A stretch of 64,000 nt of DNA, from UHGV virus genome UHGV-0351052; one strand, 5' to 3'. Positions 32,990-44,498 of the stretch are shown piece by piece. The notes below the pieces were generated by a model. That model had not been told where the DNA came from. It worked only from the letters and a program-made list of their open reading frames with translations, and ran no database searches. The translations under genes were made by a program, and so were the position numbers. Within the stretch, counting starts at the first letter, position 1. Each line of letters starts with the position of its first letter. This DNA comes from a virus.

Positions 32990-33435
32990 CATTATGTTCA
33001 GATAAGGTCGTTAATCTTACCCCGGAATTATATCCAGCTGCATGTCACCATGCAGATCAGACTATATCTCCAACTTGTTAAAGCAAGTTGTCTATCGTTT
33101 CGAGTCACTTGACCCTACTCCCCAAAGGGATAGTCGTTAGGCATTTATGTAGAACCAATTCCATTTATCAGATTTTACACGATAAGTAACTAATCCAGAC
33201 GAAATTTTAAAATGCCTCTTCCATCTCTTTTCAAAATCTTTAGCACTTCCTACATATACTTTATTGTTTAAAGTATTTTTAATCTGATAAATTCCGCTTT
33301 TCATAAATACCTCTTTAAATATAGAAGTATTTATGAAAGGGCAGTCCTACAATTTAGCACGGGATTGTCTACTAGAGAGGTTCCCCGTTTAGATAGATTA
33401 CAAGTATAAGTCACCTTATACTCAGGCCTCAATTA
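32990..33435 (-). mobile_element. group I self-splicing intron in td (446 nt) with deleted endonuclease ORF
   Basis: exon 1 ends ...VDVFLG before in-frame TAA; intron 5' TAATTGAGGCCTGAGTATAAGGTG and 3' ...ATG match T4 td intron as recalled; 446 = 1016 - 570. Confidence 0.85.
33137..33304 (-). pseudogene. I-TevI remnant (55 codons; in-frame internal deletion)
   Basis: hand translation MKSGIYQIKNTLNNKVYVGSAKDFEKRWKRHFK|ISSGLVTYRVKSDKWNWFYINA: I-TevI N-terminal 33 aa fused to C-terminal 22 aa at an RHFK repeat. Confidence 0.75.
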
Positions 33436-34807
<1,372 letters not shown>

Positions 34808-34817
34808 ATTATTTTCC

Positions 34818-35117
34818 TTAAACAGACTTTTTCACAATTTTCCAATCAGCTTTAAACTGTTCAACGTCAGAATGGTAAATCCAGAATCCTGCGCTTTCTC
34901 CGTCTTCATAAAGCGGACACCCATCGCATTCATCTTCCCATCCCATGCCACGTAAAAGGTGTTCAGCTTTTTCAACAAGTTCAGAATCTTTACCGATGAT
35001 ATTAAAATACCATTTACCTCTAACTTCCGAATCTTTGATGCTCTGACGTTGTAATCTCATTTTATTCTCCTTAGTTGATAAGGCTATAGTATCACTACCA
35101 TAGCCTGTTGTAAACAA
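34818..35117 (-). CDS. hypothetical protein (99 aa)
   Basis: ORF with early promoter-like motif upstream. Confidence 0.6.
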   Translation of the reverse strand: MFTTGYGSDTIALSTKENKMRLQRQSIKDSEVRGKWYFNIIGKDSELVEKAEHLLRGMGWEDECDGCPLYEDGESAGFWIYHSDVEQFKADWKIVKKSV

Positions 35118-35411
35118 TTATTTTTGAATTTTATCGAGCCACTTACCGAGCTTAATCATTTCTTTAGTAGCCTTTTCCATACTTCTGAACTTAACCAATA
35201 GAGGATAGGTATCGACACCCATAACTAAATTGGTTACAAGACTGTGTTCACCCACAAGCCATAACGAATACGTTTGAATATCGAGCCCGTAATTTCTGTC
35301 TTTATGGACCCGTACACCCATCACTTCAAATTTCTCACTAGCTTTTTCTACCGCATCCAGGAAATCATCTTTAGTCATATTAGGCCTTAAAAGTTTTTCG
35401 CAAAAGTTCAA
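35118..35411 (-). CDS. hypothetical protein (97 aa)
   Basis: ORF. Confidence 0.6.
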   Translation of the reverse strand: MNFCEKLLRPNMTKDDFLDAVEKASEKFEVMGVRVHKDRNYGLDIQTYSLWLVGEHSLVTNLVMGVDTYPLLVKFRSMEKATKEMIKLGKWLDKIQK

Positions 35412-35766
35412 TGATTTCGTCTACATTGTTTTCATCTACAATGCAGTGAATTTTTGTTACGCCAGAAACTATACCTTCATTAGCGGATTGAGGCTTTTCT
35501 AAAGTTACCTCAGTAAAGTATTTGAATTCTTCAGGGTAAATCTCAAAATACGTCTCAAGTGGGCCACCCGCCATGTATTCAGTGCCATCTTCCATAGTTA
35601 CACGTACCACACATTCACCAGCACAATCATCACTTTCCATTTCATCTACAACAAAACTAGGTCCATGCTTCTCTATTAAATTTAGCATCATCACATTGCA
35701 ACGGCACTCGTTAGCAAAGTCATTTTTAAATAAAGGGTTAATGATATAAGTTTTTCCGATTTTCAT
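35380..35766 (-). CDS. hypothetical protein (128 aa)
   Basis: ORF. Confidence 0.6.
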   Translation of the reverse strand: MKIGKTYIINPLFKNDFANECRCNVMMLNLIEKHGPSFVVDEMESDDCAGECVVRVTMEDGTEYMAGGPLETYFEIYPEEFKYFTEVTLEKPQSANEGIVSGVTKIHCIVDENNVDEIIELLRKTFKA

Positions 35767-35810
35767 TTATTTTCTCTCATTTTGATAGGGGCTTAATAGC
35801 CCCTTGATAA

Positions 35811-36038
35811 TTATTGTTCAATCAGTCCCATGTAAAATTCTGCGTCTTCAGAATCCATGCCATCACAATATTCATTAGCCATAAAGCGGGTAAGGTCTTC
35901 AAGAGGACCTTCAATAACGATTTGAATACTCCAAAACTTAGAATCTTGCACGCTTGTGATACTAAGTTCAGGATAACGATTACGAATAATCTCTTCAATA
36001 TATTCAAAATCAACGATGTCAATATCAACTTTAGCCAT
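35811..36038 (-). CDS. hypothetical protein (75 aa)
   Basis: ATG 36038 with GAGAGGAAA SD; track ORF start lies upstream of the promoter, so the shorter form is used. Confidence 0.5.
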   Translation of the reverse strand: MAKVDIDIVDFEYIEEIIRNRYPELSITSVQDSKFWSIQIVIEGPLEDLTRFMANEYCDGMDSEDAEFYMGLIEQ

Positions 36039-36081
36039 ATTATTTTCCTCTCTAATCATCAGCAGTATTGCCGATAGTTGT

Positions 36082-36111
36082 ATAGTACCATGGAAGAACA
36101 AGGATGTAAAC
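36082..36111 (-). promoter_or_regulatory. sigma70-type early promoter (-35 GTTTACA, 17 bp, -10 TACTAT)
   Basis: member of repeated promoter family with shared leader ACAACTATC. Confidence 0.5.
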
Positions 36112-36120
36112 AGTTTTGTG

Positions 36121-36161
36121 AAAAAATTTTTGAAATAAAAAAGGGGACCTCTAGGGTCCCC
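36121..36161 (-). terminator. rho-independent terminator downstream of gene 32
   Basis: GGGGACC-loop-GGTCCCC hairpin followed on minus strand by TTTTTTATTTC. Confidence 0.6.
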
Positions 36162-36183
36162 AATTAATTAGTAATATAATCTA

Positions 36184-37092
36184 TTAAAGGTCATTCAAAA
36201 GGTCATCCAGGTCCGTGTCATCAGCACTAGATGAACTGCCAGAGCTTGAGCTCATAAAATCATCTTCAGTTTTTGTTTTGAAGTCATCAACATTGAATGC
36301 ATCCAAATCATCAGCAACTTTATCAGCTTTCTTAGCAGCAGTCGCTGCGGCACCACCCATAGCAGCAGTTCCCATAACTTGACTGAACTTAGTGCTCAGT
36401 TCTTCAAATGATTTGAATTTATCTTTAGAAGTCATTTCAGAAAGGTCAACCATTTGTTCGAACAGTTCTTTCTGGAAAGATTCATCATCAATGTTTGGAA
36501 TCGCAGATTGATTCAGGAATTTAGATTCATCGTAGTTACTAAATCCAGAAACCTGTTTAACTTTCAGTACAAAGTTAGCACCTTCCCACGGACAAGTTAC
36601 ATCAACCGGAGTTTCACCCATTTCAACATCAACTGCAATCATTGCATTGATTTTATCCCAGATTTTCTTACCGAAACGATATTTAAATACTTTACCTTCG
36701 TTTTCTGGAGCAGCTGGGTCTTTTACTACAAGAATGTTAGCCCAATAAGAAGTTTTACGTTTAACAAGACTGTACTCTTTATTGTCAGTGTTGTACAGAT
36801 CATTTTTACTGATGTACTGACATACTGGACAAGAATCGTAATCACCGTGGGTAGATGAACAGTTTTCAATATACCATTTACCATTTTTCTTGAAGCCGTG
36901 ATTTACAAGAATTGCGAATGGTGCTTGTTCATCATTTTTAGACGGAAGAAAACGAATTACTGCTTGACCGTTACCCGCATTATCGAGTTTCAGTTTCCAC
37001 TCGCCTTTATCTTCAGAAGAAAAACCACCTTTATTTCCAGCCAGTTTAGCCATTTGTGCAGCGAGTTCAGCAGTAGATTTACGTTTAAACAT
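36184..37092 (-). CDS. 32: gp32 single-stranded DNA-binding protein
   Basis: 302 aa; matches T4 gp32 incl. acidic C-terminal tail. Confidence 0.97.
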   Translation of the reverse strand: MFKRKSTAELAAQMAKLAGNKGGFSSEDKGEWKLKLDNAGNGQAVIRFLPSKNDEQAPFAILVNHGFKKNGKWYIENCSSTHGDYDSCPVCQYISKNDLYNTDNKEYSLVKRKTSYWANILVVKDPAAPENEGKVFKYRFGKKIWDKINAMIAVDVEMGETPVDVTCPWEGANFVLKVKQVSGFSNYDESKFLNQSAIPNIDDESFQKELFEQMVDLSEMTSKDKFKSFEELSTKFSQVMGTAAMGGAAATAAKKADKVADDLDAFNVDDFKTKTEDDFMSSSSGSSSSADDTDLDDLLNDL

Positions 37093-37175
37093 TTTTATTT
37101 CCTTTTTAATTTAATTTAATTTAATTTAATTAACAGTTGGTGCTATGACGATGTATGACCTCATAGCTGGTCAGT
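37093..37175 (-). promoter_or_regulatory. gene 32 translational operator (5' leader with AU-rich pentamer repeats)
   Basis: (TAATT)n / mRNA UUAAAUUAAAUUAAA repeats directly upstream of gene 32 ATG, preceded by structured region. Confidence 0.6.
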
Positions 37176-37190
37176 GAGATAATTATAATC

Positions 37191-37198
37191 TATTTATA
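37191..37198 (-). promoter_or_regulatory. late promoter TATAAATA (minus strand) upstream of gene 32
   Basis: plus-strand TATTTATA about 100 nt upstream of gene 32 ATG. Confidence 0.4.
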
Positions 37199-37206
37199 AT
37201 AAGCAA

Positions 37207-37860
37207 TTAATATTTGCAAGATTTCACAGTTTCAATGAAAACATTTTTAGCTTTCTGTGAATCAATATTTAAAATTTTTCTATAAGCCTTTAACTTTATA
37301 GAATAATTATTCCAGACTAAATTATCAGTCTGTTCATCATGTTTATCAATTATATTTAAAAACGAATCAAGCAAGATAAACGTCTCAAACGAAATTATGT
37401 TCGATTGCAGAAGTTTAAAAATATAACTTGACTGAACCTTTGGATTATATTCAAAGATTTCTTTAAAAGCAGAAACTTCAACTTTCTTACTAAAATAATA
37501 AATGTTGCGAATATCTTCTTCAAACTTAAATTTAATTTGCTTTAAGCGTCCGATATATTCACGATAAAACACAAGTGCATCAGCGTCAGAGATGTCACCA
37601 ATCCAAGCATCTTGGTTAGCAACCAAATTGCTTATAAAGATTAAAGCAAGTTCCTTTAATTTATATTTTTCTGATAACTTCTGGAAAAAATACTTATCCC
37701 TTCGCTTTTGATAAGCGGCATCAGACACCCGCATGCACCAATTATACTTAATAACATCATACTTTCCATTCATATGTTGTTTTATCATTAAGTATAATTT
37801 ATAAACTGATTTACCATCAATGTATCTTTCACCACCAGCAGGCATGCGGAGTTTAATCAT
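37207..37860 (-). CDS. 59: gp59 helicase loader
   Basis: 217 aa; synteny. Confidence 0.9.
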   Translation of the reverse strand: MIKLRMPAGGERYIDGKSVYKLYLMIKQHMNGKYDVIKYNWCMRVSDAAYQKRRDKYFFQKLSEKYKLKELALIFISNLVANQDAWIGDISDADALVFYREYIGRLKQIKFKFEEDIRNIYYFSKKVEVSAFKEIFEYNPKVQSSYIFKLLQSNIISFETFILLDSFLNIIDKHDEQTDNLVWNNYSIKLKAYRKILNIDSQKAKNVFIETVKSCKY

Positions 37861-38195
37861 AGCAGAAAATCTAATGTATTAGTTTTTTCACAACGAACAA
37901 CAGAAGGACGTAAAAGATTTTCGTCAATGGCTTCTGACTGAATTTTTTCAATTATACCCGAAGGAATAAATTTAGCAAATTGAGTTTCAGGAATAGAATT
38001 TTCTTCTAAGAATGCTGTTGTAGCTTCAAGATAACTCATTCCAAACTCTTCTACCATTTTTTCAATAATAAATCCATTTTCTTGACGATCAAGAAGCTTT
38101 GCTATTTCATCCTTTTCTTTCTTAATTGAAAGTTCTTTTTCTGAAAGACCGGTCTCATCGACCGGACGAATATCATTTAGAGAAAACTGTGTCAT
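37857..38195 (-). CDS. 33: gp33 late transcription co-activator
   Basis: 112 aa from MTQFSLN (track ORF starts 3 codons upstream). Confidence 0.8.
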   Translation of the reverse strand: MTQFSLNDIRPVDETGLSEKELSIKKEKDEIAKLLDRQENGFIIEKMVEEFGMSYLEATTAFLEENSIPETQFAKFIPSGIIEKIQSEAIDENLLRPSVVRCEKTNTLDFLL

Positions 38196-38442
38196 AAAGT
38201 TCAACTACCTCTTCAGTTTCAGCTTCAAACACATCACGGTTATCTTTATGATACAAAGCTAATAGACGATTAAACATCTTACCATCAACGCCAAGTTCAT
38301 CTTTGGCACGAATTCGAATATCTTTAATCAGTTCATTATAACCGGAAATTTTCAGTTTATGATCAGATGCTTCTTTAATAAATTTAGCCAAGTCTTCGCC
38401 ATGGATAGCTTCATCAAATTCAACCATTTCTTTTTTAGCCAT
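38173..38442 (-). CDS. dsbA: DsbA double-stranded DNA-binding protein
   Basis: 89 aa; synteny. Confidence 0.8.
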   Translation of the reverse strand: MAKKEMVEFDEAIHGEDLAKFIKEASDHKLKISGYNELIKDIRIRAKDELGVDGKMFNRLLALYHKDNRDVFEAETEEVVELYDTVFSK

Positions 38443-38450
38443 TATTCACC

Positions 38451-39368
38451 TCAAAATTCATTAATGCTATTAGTTAATTTAGAAAGACCCGCTTTTACAA
38501 AATATGAATAAATTTTGCCACGCGGTGGTAATTTATATGAATTATAGTAATTCACAATGTTTGAAGCAATATTATCAGGAATATAATCAAAATCAATTAG
38601 AACTAAATTTTCTTTATAACGATTATATTCAGATTCAGTGAGAAGCACCTTAGCTTGCTCACGGTCATTAGCAATAGCTTCAACGATTGAAGTTTTCATT
38701 GAAGGAGTTCGTTCACCTTCAACTCTGGTAAACCAAAAGTCAGATCGTACTTTAACTGAAGCAACGTTATCCTTTTTGTCGCCTTTAAGGATTTTAGTCA
38801 TACAGTCAATTTCAGCAGAACCGCTTTTAATTTTAACCCATTTCTTGTGCATCGGTGACCATTGCTTAACATTTGGGTATTTGTGAAGCTGTGTAAAGTC
38901 ACCATCCGACGAAATGATTAAAATTTTATGTCCTTCTAAAGAGAACTTTTTAACAAGAACAGCAATGTGGTCATCTGCTTCATACTTATCAATATCCATA
39001 ACAATGTATGGCATATAAGCTTTCAATTCATCTATAACTTTATGACTGGATTCAAAATAACCTTCCCAGTCCCAAGTAGATTCTTCTCGTGCTTTTCCGC
39101 GGTTTTTCTTGTAATAGTAAGCAAAATCACGACGCCAATATCCAGATTTCGCGTTATCAATACACAGCACAATTTTAGTGTATCCAAGCGTTTTTGCTTT
39201 TTTGACATTAAACTTAATTGAGTTCAATATCAAATGACGAACCATTGATAAATTAATTTTTTCTTTATCTGGGAAGTTTACTAAAGCAGTTGAAAGCGCG
39301 ATTTGACTAAAGTCAATTAAGCAGATTCCTTCTTTGTAATCTTCATCCAACATCATTTCTAAATCCAT
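38451..39368 (-). CDS. rnh: RNase H (5'-3' exonuclease, FEN family)
   Basis: 305 aa from MDLEMM (track ORF starts 5 codons upstream). Confidence 0.9.
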   Translation of the reverse strand: MDLEMMLDEDYKEGICLIDFSQIALSTALVNFPDKEKINLSMVRHLILNSIKFNVKKAKTLGYTKIVLCIDNAKSGYWRRDFAYYYKKNRGKAREESTWDWEGYFESSHKVIDELKAYMPYIVMDIDKYEADDHIAVLVKKFSLEGHKILIISSDGDFTQLHKYPNVKQWSPMHKKWVKIKSGSAEIDCMTKILKGDKKDNVASVKVRSDFWFTRVEGERTPSMKTSIVEAIANDREQAKVLLTESEYNRYKENLVLIDFDYIPDNIASNIVNYYNSYKLPPRGKIYSYFVKAGLSKLTNSINEF

Positions 39369-39428
39369 ATGAACCTCGTTCAATTAGTGAGATTTCTATT
39401 ATACCATCCAAATCTTAAAGTAAATAAG

Positions 39429-39436
39429 TATAAATA
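39429..39436 (+). promoter_or_regulatory. late promoter TATAAATA for gene 34
   Basis: exact TATAAATA 35 nt upstream of gene 34 ATG. Confidence 0.5.
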
Positions 39437-39470
39437 CTTATTATTGAAAACACAATAGGAGCCCGGGAGA

Positions 39471-42400
39471 ATGGCCGAGATTAAAAGAAAGTTCAGAGCA
39501 GAAGATGGTCTGGACGCAGGTGGTGATAAAATAATCAACGTAGCTTTAGCTGATCGTACCGTAGGAACTGACGGTGTTAACGTTGATTACTTAATTCAAG
39601 AAAACACAGTTCAACAATATGATCCAACTCGTGGATATTTAAAAGATTTTGTAATCATTTATAATAATCGTTTTTGGGCAGCAACGGATGATATTCCAAA
39701 ACCTGCTGGAAATTTTAATAGAATTCGTTGGAAAGCATTACGTACTGATGCTGTATATACAACCGTATCATCTGGACCATATCAATTAAAATCCGGAGAA
39801 GCAATTTCAGTAGATACATCAGTTGGCAATGACATTGAGTTTAATTTACCACCTTCTCCTCTTGATGGAGAAACCGTAATAATTCAAGATATTGGTGGAA
39901 AACCTGGTATAAATCAGGTTAAAATAAATTCTTCAAATCAGAGTATTGTTAATTTTAGAGGTGAACAGGTACGTTCAGTTCTAATGACTCATCCAAAGTC
40001 ACAAATGATATTCATTTTTAATAATCGTTTGTGGCAAATGTATGTTGCTGATTATAGCAGAGAAGCTGCGATTGTTACTCCATCGACTGCATATCAAGCA
40101 CAATCTAATGATTTTATCGTGCGTAGATTTACTTCTGCTTCAGCAATTAATATTAAACTTCCAAGATTTGCTAATCATGGCGATATTATTAATTTCGTTG
40201 ATTTGGATAAATTAAATCCTCTTTATCACACAATTGTTACTACATATGATGAAACAACTTCAGTACAAGAAGTTGGAACTCATTCCATTGAAGGTCGTAC
40301 ATCGATTGACGGTTTCTTGATGTTTGATGATAATGAGAAATTGTGGAGATTGTTTGACGGGGATAGTAAAGCACGTTTACGCATTATAACAACTAATTCT
40401 AATATTCGTCCAAATGAAGAAGTCATGGTGTTTGGTGCGAATAATGGAGCAACCCAAACAATTGAACTTCAGCTTCCGACTGATATTTCTGTTGGTGATA
40501 CTGTTAAAATTTCTATGAATTACATGAGAAAAGGACAAACAGTTAAAATCAAAGCTGCAGGTGAAGATAAAATTGCTTCCTCAGTTCAATTGCTGCAATT
40601 CCCAAAACGTTCAGAATATCCACCTGAAGCTGAGTGGGTTACAGTTCAAGAATTAGTTTTTAACGGTGAAACTAATTATGTTCCAGTTTTGGAGCTTGCT
40701 TATATAGAAGATTCTGATGGAAAATATTGGGTTGTACAGCAAAACGTTCCAACCGTAGAAAGAGTAGATTCTTTAAATGATTCTACTAGAGCAAGATTAG
40801 GCGTAATTGCTTTAGCTACACAAGCTCAAGCTAACGTCGATTTAGAAAATTCTCCACAAAAAGAATTAGCAATTACTCCAGAAACATTAGCTAACCGTAC
40901 TGCTACAGAAACTCGTAGAGGTATCGCAAGAATAGCAACTACTGCTCAAGTAAATCAGAACACTACATTCTCTTTTGCTGATGACCTTATCATCACTCCT
41001 AAAAAACTGAATGAAAGAACTGCCACAGAAACTCGTAGAGGCGTTGCTGAAATTGCCACACAGCAAGAAACTAACGCAGGTACTGATGATACTGCAATCA
41101 TCACTCCTAAAAAGCTTCAAGCTCGACAAGGTTCTGAATCATTATCGGGTATTGTAACCTTTGTATCTACCGCAGGAGCTACTCCAGCTTCTAGTCGTGA
41201 ATTAAATGGTACAAACGTTTATAATAAAAACACTAATAATTTAGTTGTTTCGCCTAAAGCTCTGGATCAGTATAAAGCTACTCCAACACAACAAGGTGCA
41301 GTAATTTTAGCAGTTGAAAGTGAAGTAATTGCTGGGCAAAGCCAAGAAGGATGGGCAAATGCGGTTGTAACGCCAGAAACGTTACATAAAAAGACATCAA
41401 CTGATGGAAGAATTGGTTTAATTGAAATTGCTACGCAAAGTGAAGTTAATACAGGAACTGATTACACTCGTGCAGTCACTCCGAAAACTTTAAATGACCG
41501 TATAGCAACTGAAAGTTTAAGTGGTATAGCTGAAATTGCTACACAAGTTGAATTCGACGCAGGCGTCGACGATACTCGTATCTCTACACCATTAAAAATT
41601 AAAACCAGATTTAATAGTACTGATCGTACTTCTGTTGTTGCTCTATCTGGATTAGTTGAATCAGGAACTCTCTGGGACCATTATACCCTTAATATTCTTG
41701 AAGCAAACGAGGCACAACGTGGTACACTTCGTGTAGCTACACAAGTTGAAGCTGCTGCAGGAACATTAGATAATGTTTTGATAACTCCTAAAAAGCTTTT
41801 AGGTACTAAATCTACTGAAGCACAAGAAGGTGTTATTAAAGTTGCAACTCAGTCTGAAACTGTGACTGGAACGTCAGCAAATACTGCTGTATCTCCAAAA
41901 AATTTAAAATGGATTGTGCAGAGTGAACCTACTTGGGCAGCAACTACTCTGATAAGAGGGTTTGTTAAAACTTCATCTGGTTCAATTACATTCGTTGGTA
42001 ATGATACCGTTGGTTCAACGCAGTCATTAGAATTATACGAGAAAAATGGTTATGCAGTATCACCATATGAATTAAATCGCGTATTAGCAAATTATTTGCC
42101 ATTAAAAGCAAAAGCTGTAGATAGTAATTTATTAGATGGTCTAGATTCGCTCCAGTTCATTCGTAGGGACATTGCACAAACAGTTAATGGTTCACTAACC
42201 TTAACCCAACAAACGAATCTGAGTGCCCCTCTTGTATCATCTAGTACTGCTACATTCGGTGGATCAGTTTCAGCAAATAGTACATTAACTATTTCTAATA
42301 CTGGAACGGCAACTCGTCTGATTTTTGAGAAAGGACCTCAAACTGGAACAAACCCGGCTCAAACGATGACTGTCAGAGTGTGGGGAAATCAATTTAGTGG

Positions 42401-43340
42401 GGAATCAGACACAACACGTTCTACCGTATTTGAAGTTAGTGATGAAACGTCTAGTCATTTTTATTCTCAGCGTAATAAAGCTGGAAATATAACATTTAAT
42501 ATCAACGGTACAGTAACACCGATAAATGTTAATGCTTCAGGAACATTGAATGCAAATGGTGTAGCAACATTTGGTAATTCAGTCACTGCAACTGGTGAAA
42601 TTATTTCTCGAAGCGCAAATGCTTTCCGTGCTATTAACGGAAATTATGGTTTCATTATTCGTAATGACGGGTCAGTAACGAATTTTATGCTTACTGCATC
42701 AGGCAATCAAACTGGTGGATTTAATGGATTACGTCCATTGTCCATTAATAATCAATCTGGGCAGGTCACAATTGGTGAAAGCTTGATCATTGCTAAAGGT
42801 GCTACTATAAATTCAGGTGGTTTAACTGTTAACTCGAGAATTCGTTCTCAAGGTGTTAAAACATCTGATTTATATACTCGTGCGCCGACATCTGATACTG
42901 TAGGATTCTGGTCAATCGATATTAATGATTCAGCCACTTATAACCAGTTCCCGGGTTATTTTAAAATGGTTGAAAAAACTAATGAAGTTACTGGACTTCC
43001 ATACTTAGAACGTGGCGAAGAAGTTAAATCTCCTGGTACATTGACTCAGTTTGGTAACACACTTGATTCACTTTACCAAGATTGGATTACTTATCCAACG
43101 ACTCCAGAAGCACGTACCACTCGCTGGACACGTACATGGCAAAAAACTAAAAACTCTTGGTCAAGTTTTGTTCAGGTATTTGATGGAGGTAACCCTCCTC
43201 AACCTTCGGATATAGGAGCAATCCCATCTGATAATGGAATAATAGGTAATCTTACTATTCGTGATTTCTTACGAATTGGTAATGTTCGCATTATTCCTGA
43301 CCCAGTGAATAAAACTGTTAAATTTGAATGGGTTGAATAA
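39471..43340 (+). CDS. 34: long tail fibre proximal subunit gp34
   Basis: 1289 aa; repeated TPK(T/K)L...T motifs; synteny. Confidence 0.95.
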   Translation: MAEIKRKFRAEDGLDAGGDKIINVALADRTVGTDGVNVDYLIQENTVQQYDPTRGYLKDFVIIYNNRFWAATDDIPKPAGNFNRIRWKALRTDAVYTTVSSGPYQLKSGEAISVDTSVGNDIEFNLPPSPLDGETVIIQDIGGKPGINQVKINSSNQSIVNFRGEQVRSVLMTHPKSQMIFIFNNRLWQMYVADYSREAAIVTPSTAYQAQSNDFIVRRFTSASAINIKLPRFANHGDIINFVDLDKLNPLYHTIVTTYDETTSVQEVGTHSIEGRTSIDGFLMFDDNEKLWRLFDGDSKARLRIITTNSNIRPNEEVMVFGANNGATQTIELQLPTDISVGDTVKISMNYMRKGQTVKIKAAGEDKIASSVQLLQFPKRSEYPPEAEWVTVQELVFNGETNYVPVLELAYIEDSDGKYWVVQQNVPTVERVDSLNDSTRARLGVIALATQAQANVDLENSPQKELAITPETLANRTATETRRGIARIATTAQVNQNTTFSFADDLIITPKKLNERTATETRRGVAEIATQQETNAGTDDTAIITPKKLQARQGSESLSGIVTFVSTAGATPASSRELNGTNVYNKNTNNLVVSPKALDQYKATPTQQGAVILAVESEVIAGQSQEGWANAVVTPETLHKKTSTDGRIGLIEIATQSEVNTGTDYTRAVTPKTLNDRIATESLSGIAEIATQVEFDAGVDDTRISTPLKIKTRFNSTDRTSVVALSGLVESGTLWDHYTLNILEANEAQRGTLRVATQVEAAAGTLDNVLITPKKLLGTKSTEAQEGVIKVATQSETVTGTSANTAVSPKNLKWIVQSEPTWAATTLIRGFVKTSSGSITFVGNDTVGSTQSLELYEKNGYAVSPYELNRVLANYLPLKAKAVDSNLLDGLDSLQFIRRDIAQTVNGSLTLTQQTNLSAPLVSSSTATFGGSVSANSTLTISNTGTATRLIFEKGPQTGTNPAQTMTVRVWGNQFSGESDTTRSTVFEVSDETSSHFYSQRNKAGNITFNINGTVTPINVNASGTLNANGVATFGNSVTATGEIISRSANAFRAINGNYGFIIRNDGSVTNFMLTASGNQTGGFNGLRPLSINNQSGQVTIGESLIIAKGATINSGGLTVNSRIRSQGVKTSDLYTRAPTSDTVGFWSIDINDSATYNQFPGYFKMVEKTNEVTGLPYLERGEEVKSPGTLTQFGNTLDSLYQDWITYPTTPEARTTRWTRTWQKTKNSWSSFVQVFDGGNPPQPSDIGAIPSDNGIIGNLTIRDFLRIGNVRIIPDPVNKTVKFEWVE

Positions 43341-43351
43341 GAGGAGATATT

Positions 43352-44467
43352 ATGGAAAAATTTATGGCAGAGTTTGGACAGGGATATGTCCAAACGCCAT
43401 TTTTATCGGAAAGCAATTCAGTAAGATATAAAATAAGCATAGCGGGCTCTTGCCCGCTTTCTACTGCAGGGCCATATGTTAAATTTCAGGATAATCCCGT
43501 TGGAAATCAAACATTTAGTGCAGGTCTTCATTTAAGAGTTTTTGACCCTTCTACGGGAGCATTAGTTGATAGTAAGTCATATGCTTTTTCTGCTTCAAAC
43601 AATACAACATCTGCCGCTTTTGTCAGTTTCATGAATTCTTTGTCAAACAATAAACTTGTTGCTATATTAACTAGCGGAAAGGTTAATTTTCCTCCTGAAG
43701 TGGTATCTTGGTTAAGGAGAGCAGGAACTTCAGTTTTTCCATCAGATTCAGTATTGTCAAGATTTGACGTATCATATGCTGCTTTTTATACTTCTTCTAA
43801 AAGAGCTATCGCATTAGAGCATGTTAAACTAAGTAATAGAAAAAGCACAGATGACTATCAAACTATGCTAGATGTTGTATTTGATAGTTTAGAAGACGTT
43901 GGAGCGACAGGATTTCCAAAAAGAACTTATGAAAGCGTTGAACAATTTATGTCTGCGGTTGGAGGAACTAATAATGAAATTGCGCGATTGCCAACTTCAG
44001 CTGCTATAAGTAAACTTTCTGACTACAATTTAATTCCTGGTGATGTTCTTTATCTTAAAGCACAGTTATATGCTGATGCTGATTTACTTGATCTTGGAAC
44101 TGCAAATATATCTATTCGTTTTTATGATGCATCAAATGGATATATTTCCTCGACCCAAGCTGAGTTTACTGGGCAAGCTGGGTCTTGGGAATTAAAAGAA
44201 GATTATGTAGTTGTTCCTGAAAATGCAGTAGGATTTACGATATATGCACAAAGAACTGCCCAAGCAGGTCAAGGCGGCATGAGAAATTTAAGCTTTTCTG
44301 AAGTATCAAGAAATGGCGGAATTTCGAAACCTGCTGAATTTGGTGTCAATGGTATTCGTGTTAATTATATCGGTGAATCCTCTTCACCTCCAGATATAAT
44401 GGTACTTCCTACACAGGCATCGTCTAAAACTGGTAAAGTGTTTGGACAGGAATTTAGAGAAGTTTAA
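43352..44467 (+). CDS. 35: long tail fibre hinge protein gp35
   Basis: 371 aa; synteny. Confidence 0.9.
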   Translation: MEKFMAEFGQGYVQTPFLSESNSVRYKISIAGSCPLSTAGPYVKFQDNPVGNQTFSAGLHLRVFDPSTGALVDSKSYAFSASNNTTSAAFVSFMNSLSNNKLVAILTSGKVNFPPEVVSWLRRAGTSVFPSDSVLSRFDVSYAAFYTSSKRAIALEHVKLSNRKSTDDYQTMLDVVFDSLEDVGATGFPKRTYESVEQFMSAVGGTNNEIARLPTSAAISKLSDYNLIPGDVLYLKAQLYADADLLDLGTANISIRFYDASNGYISSTQAEFTGQAGSWELKEDYVVVPENAVGFTIYAQRTAQAGQGGMRNLSFSEVSRNGGISKPAEFGVNGIRVNYIGESSSPPDIMVLPTQASSKTGKVFGQEFREV

Positions 44468-44473
44468 ACTGAG

Positions 44474-44495
44474 GGAGCCTTCGGGTTCCTTTTTT
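44474..44495 (+). terminator. rho-independent terminator after gene 35
   Basis: GGAGCC-TTCG-GGTTCC hairpin followed by TTTTTT. Confidence 0.55.
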
Positions 44496-44498
44496 CTT

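Noticed and set aside
37100-37135. Short tandem (TAATT)n repeat as a possible CRISPR or satellite repeat
   Set aside because: Only ~5 units of 5 bp with no spacers, sitting in the gene 32 5' leader; better explained as the translational operator.
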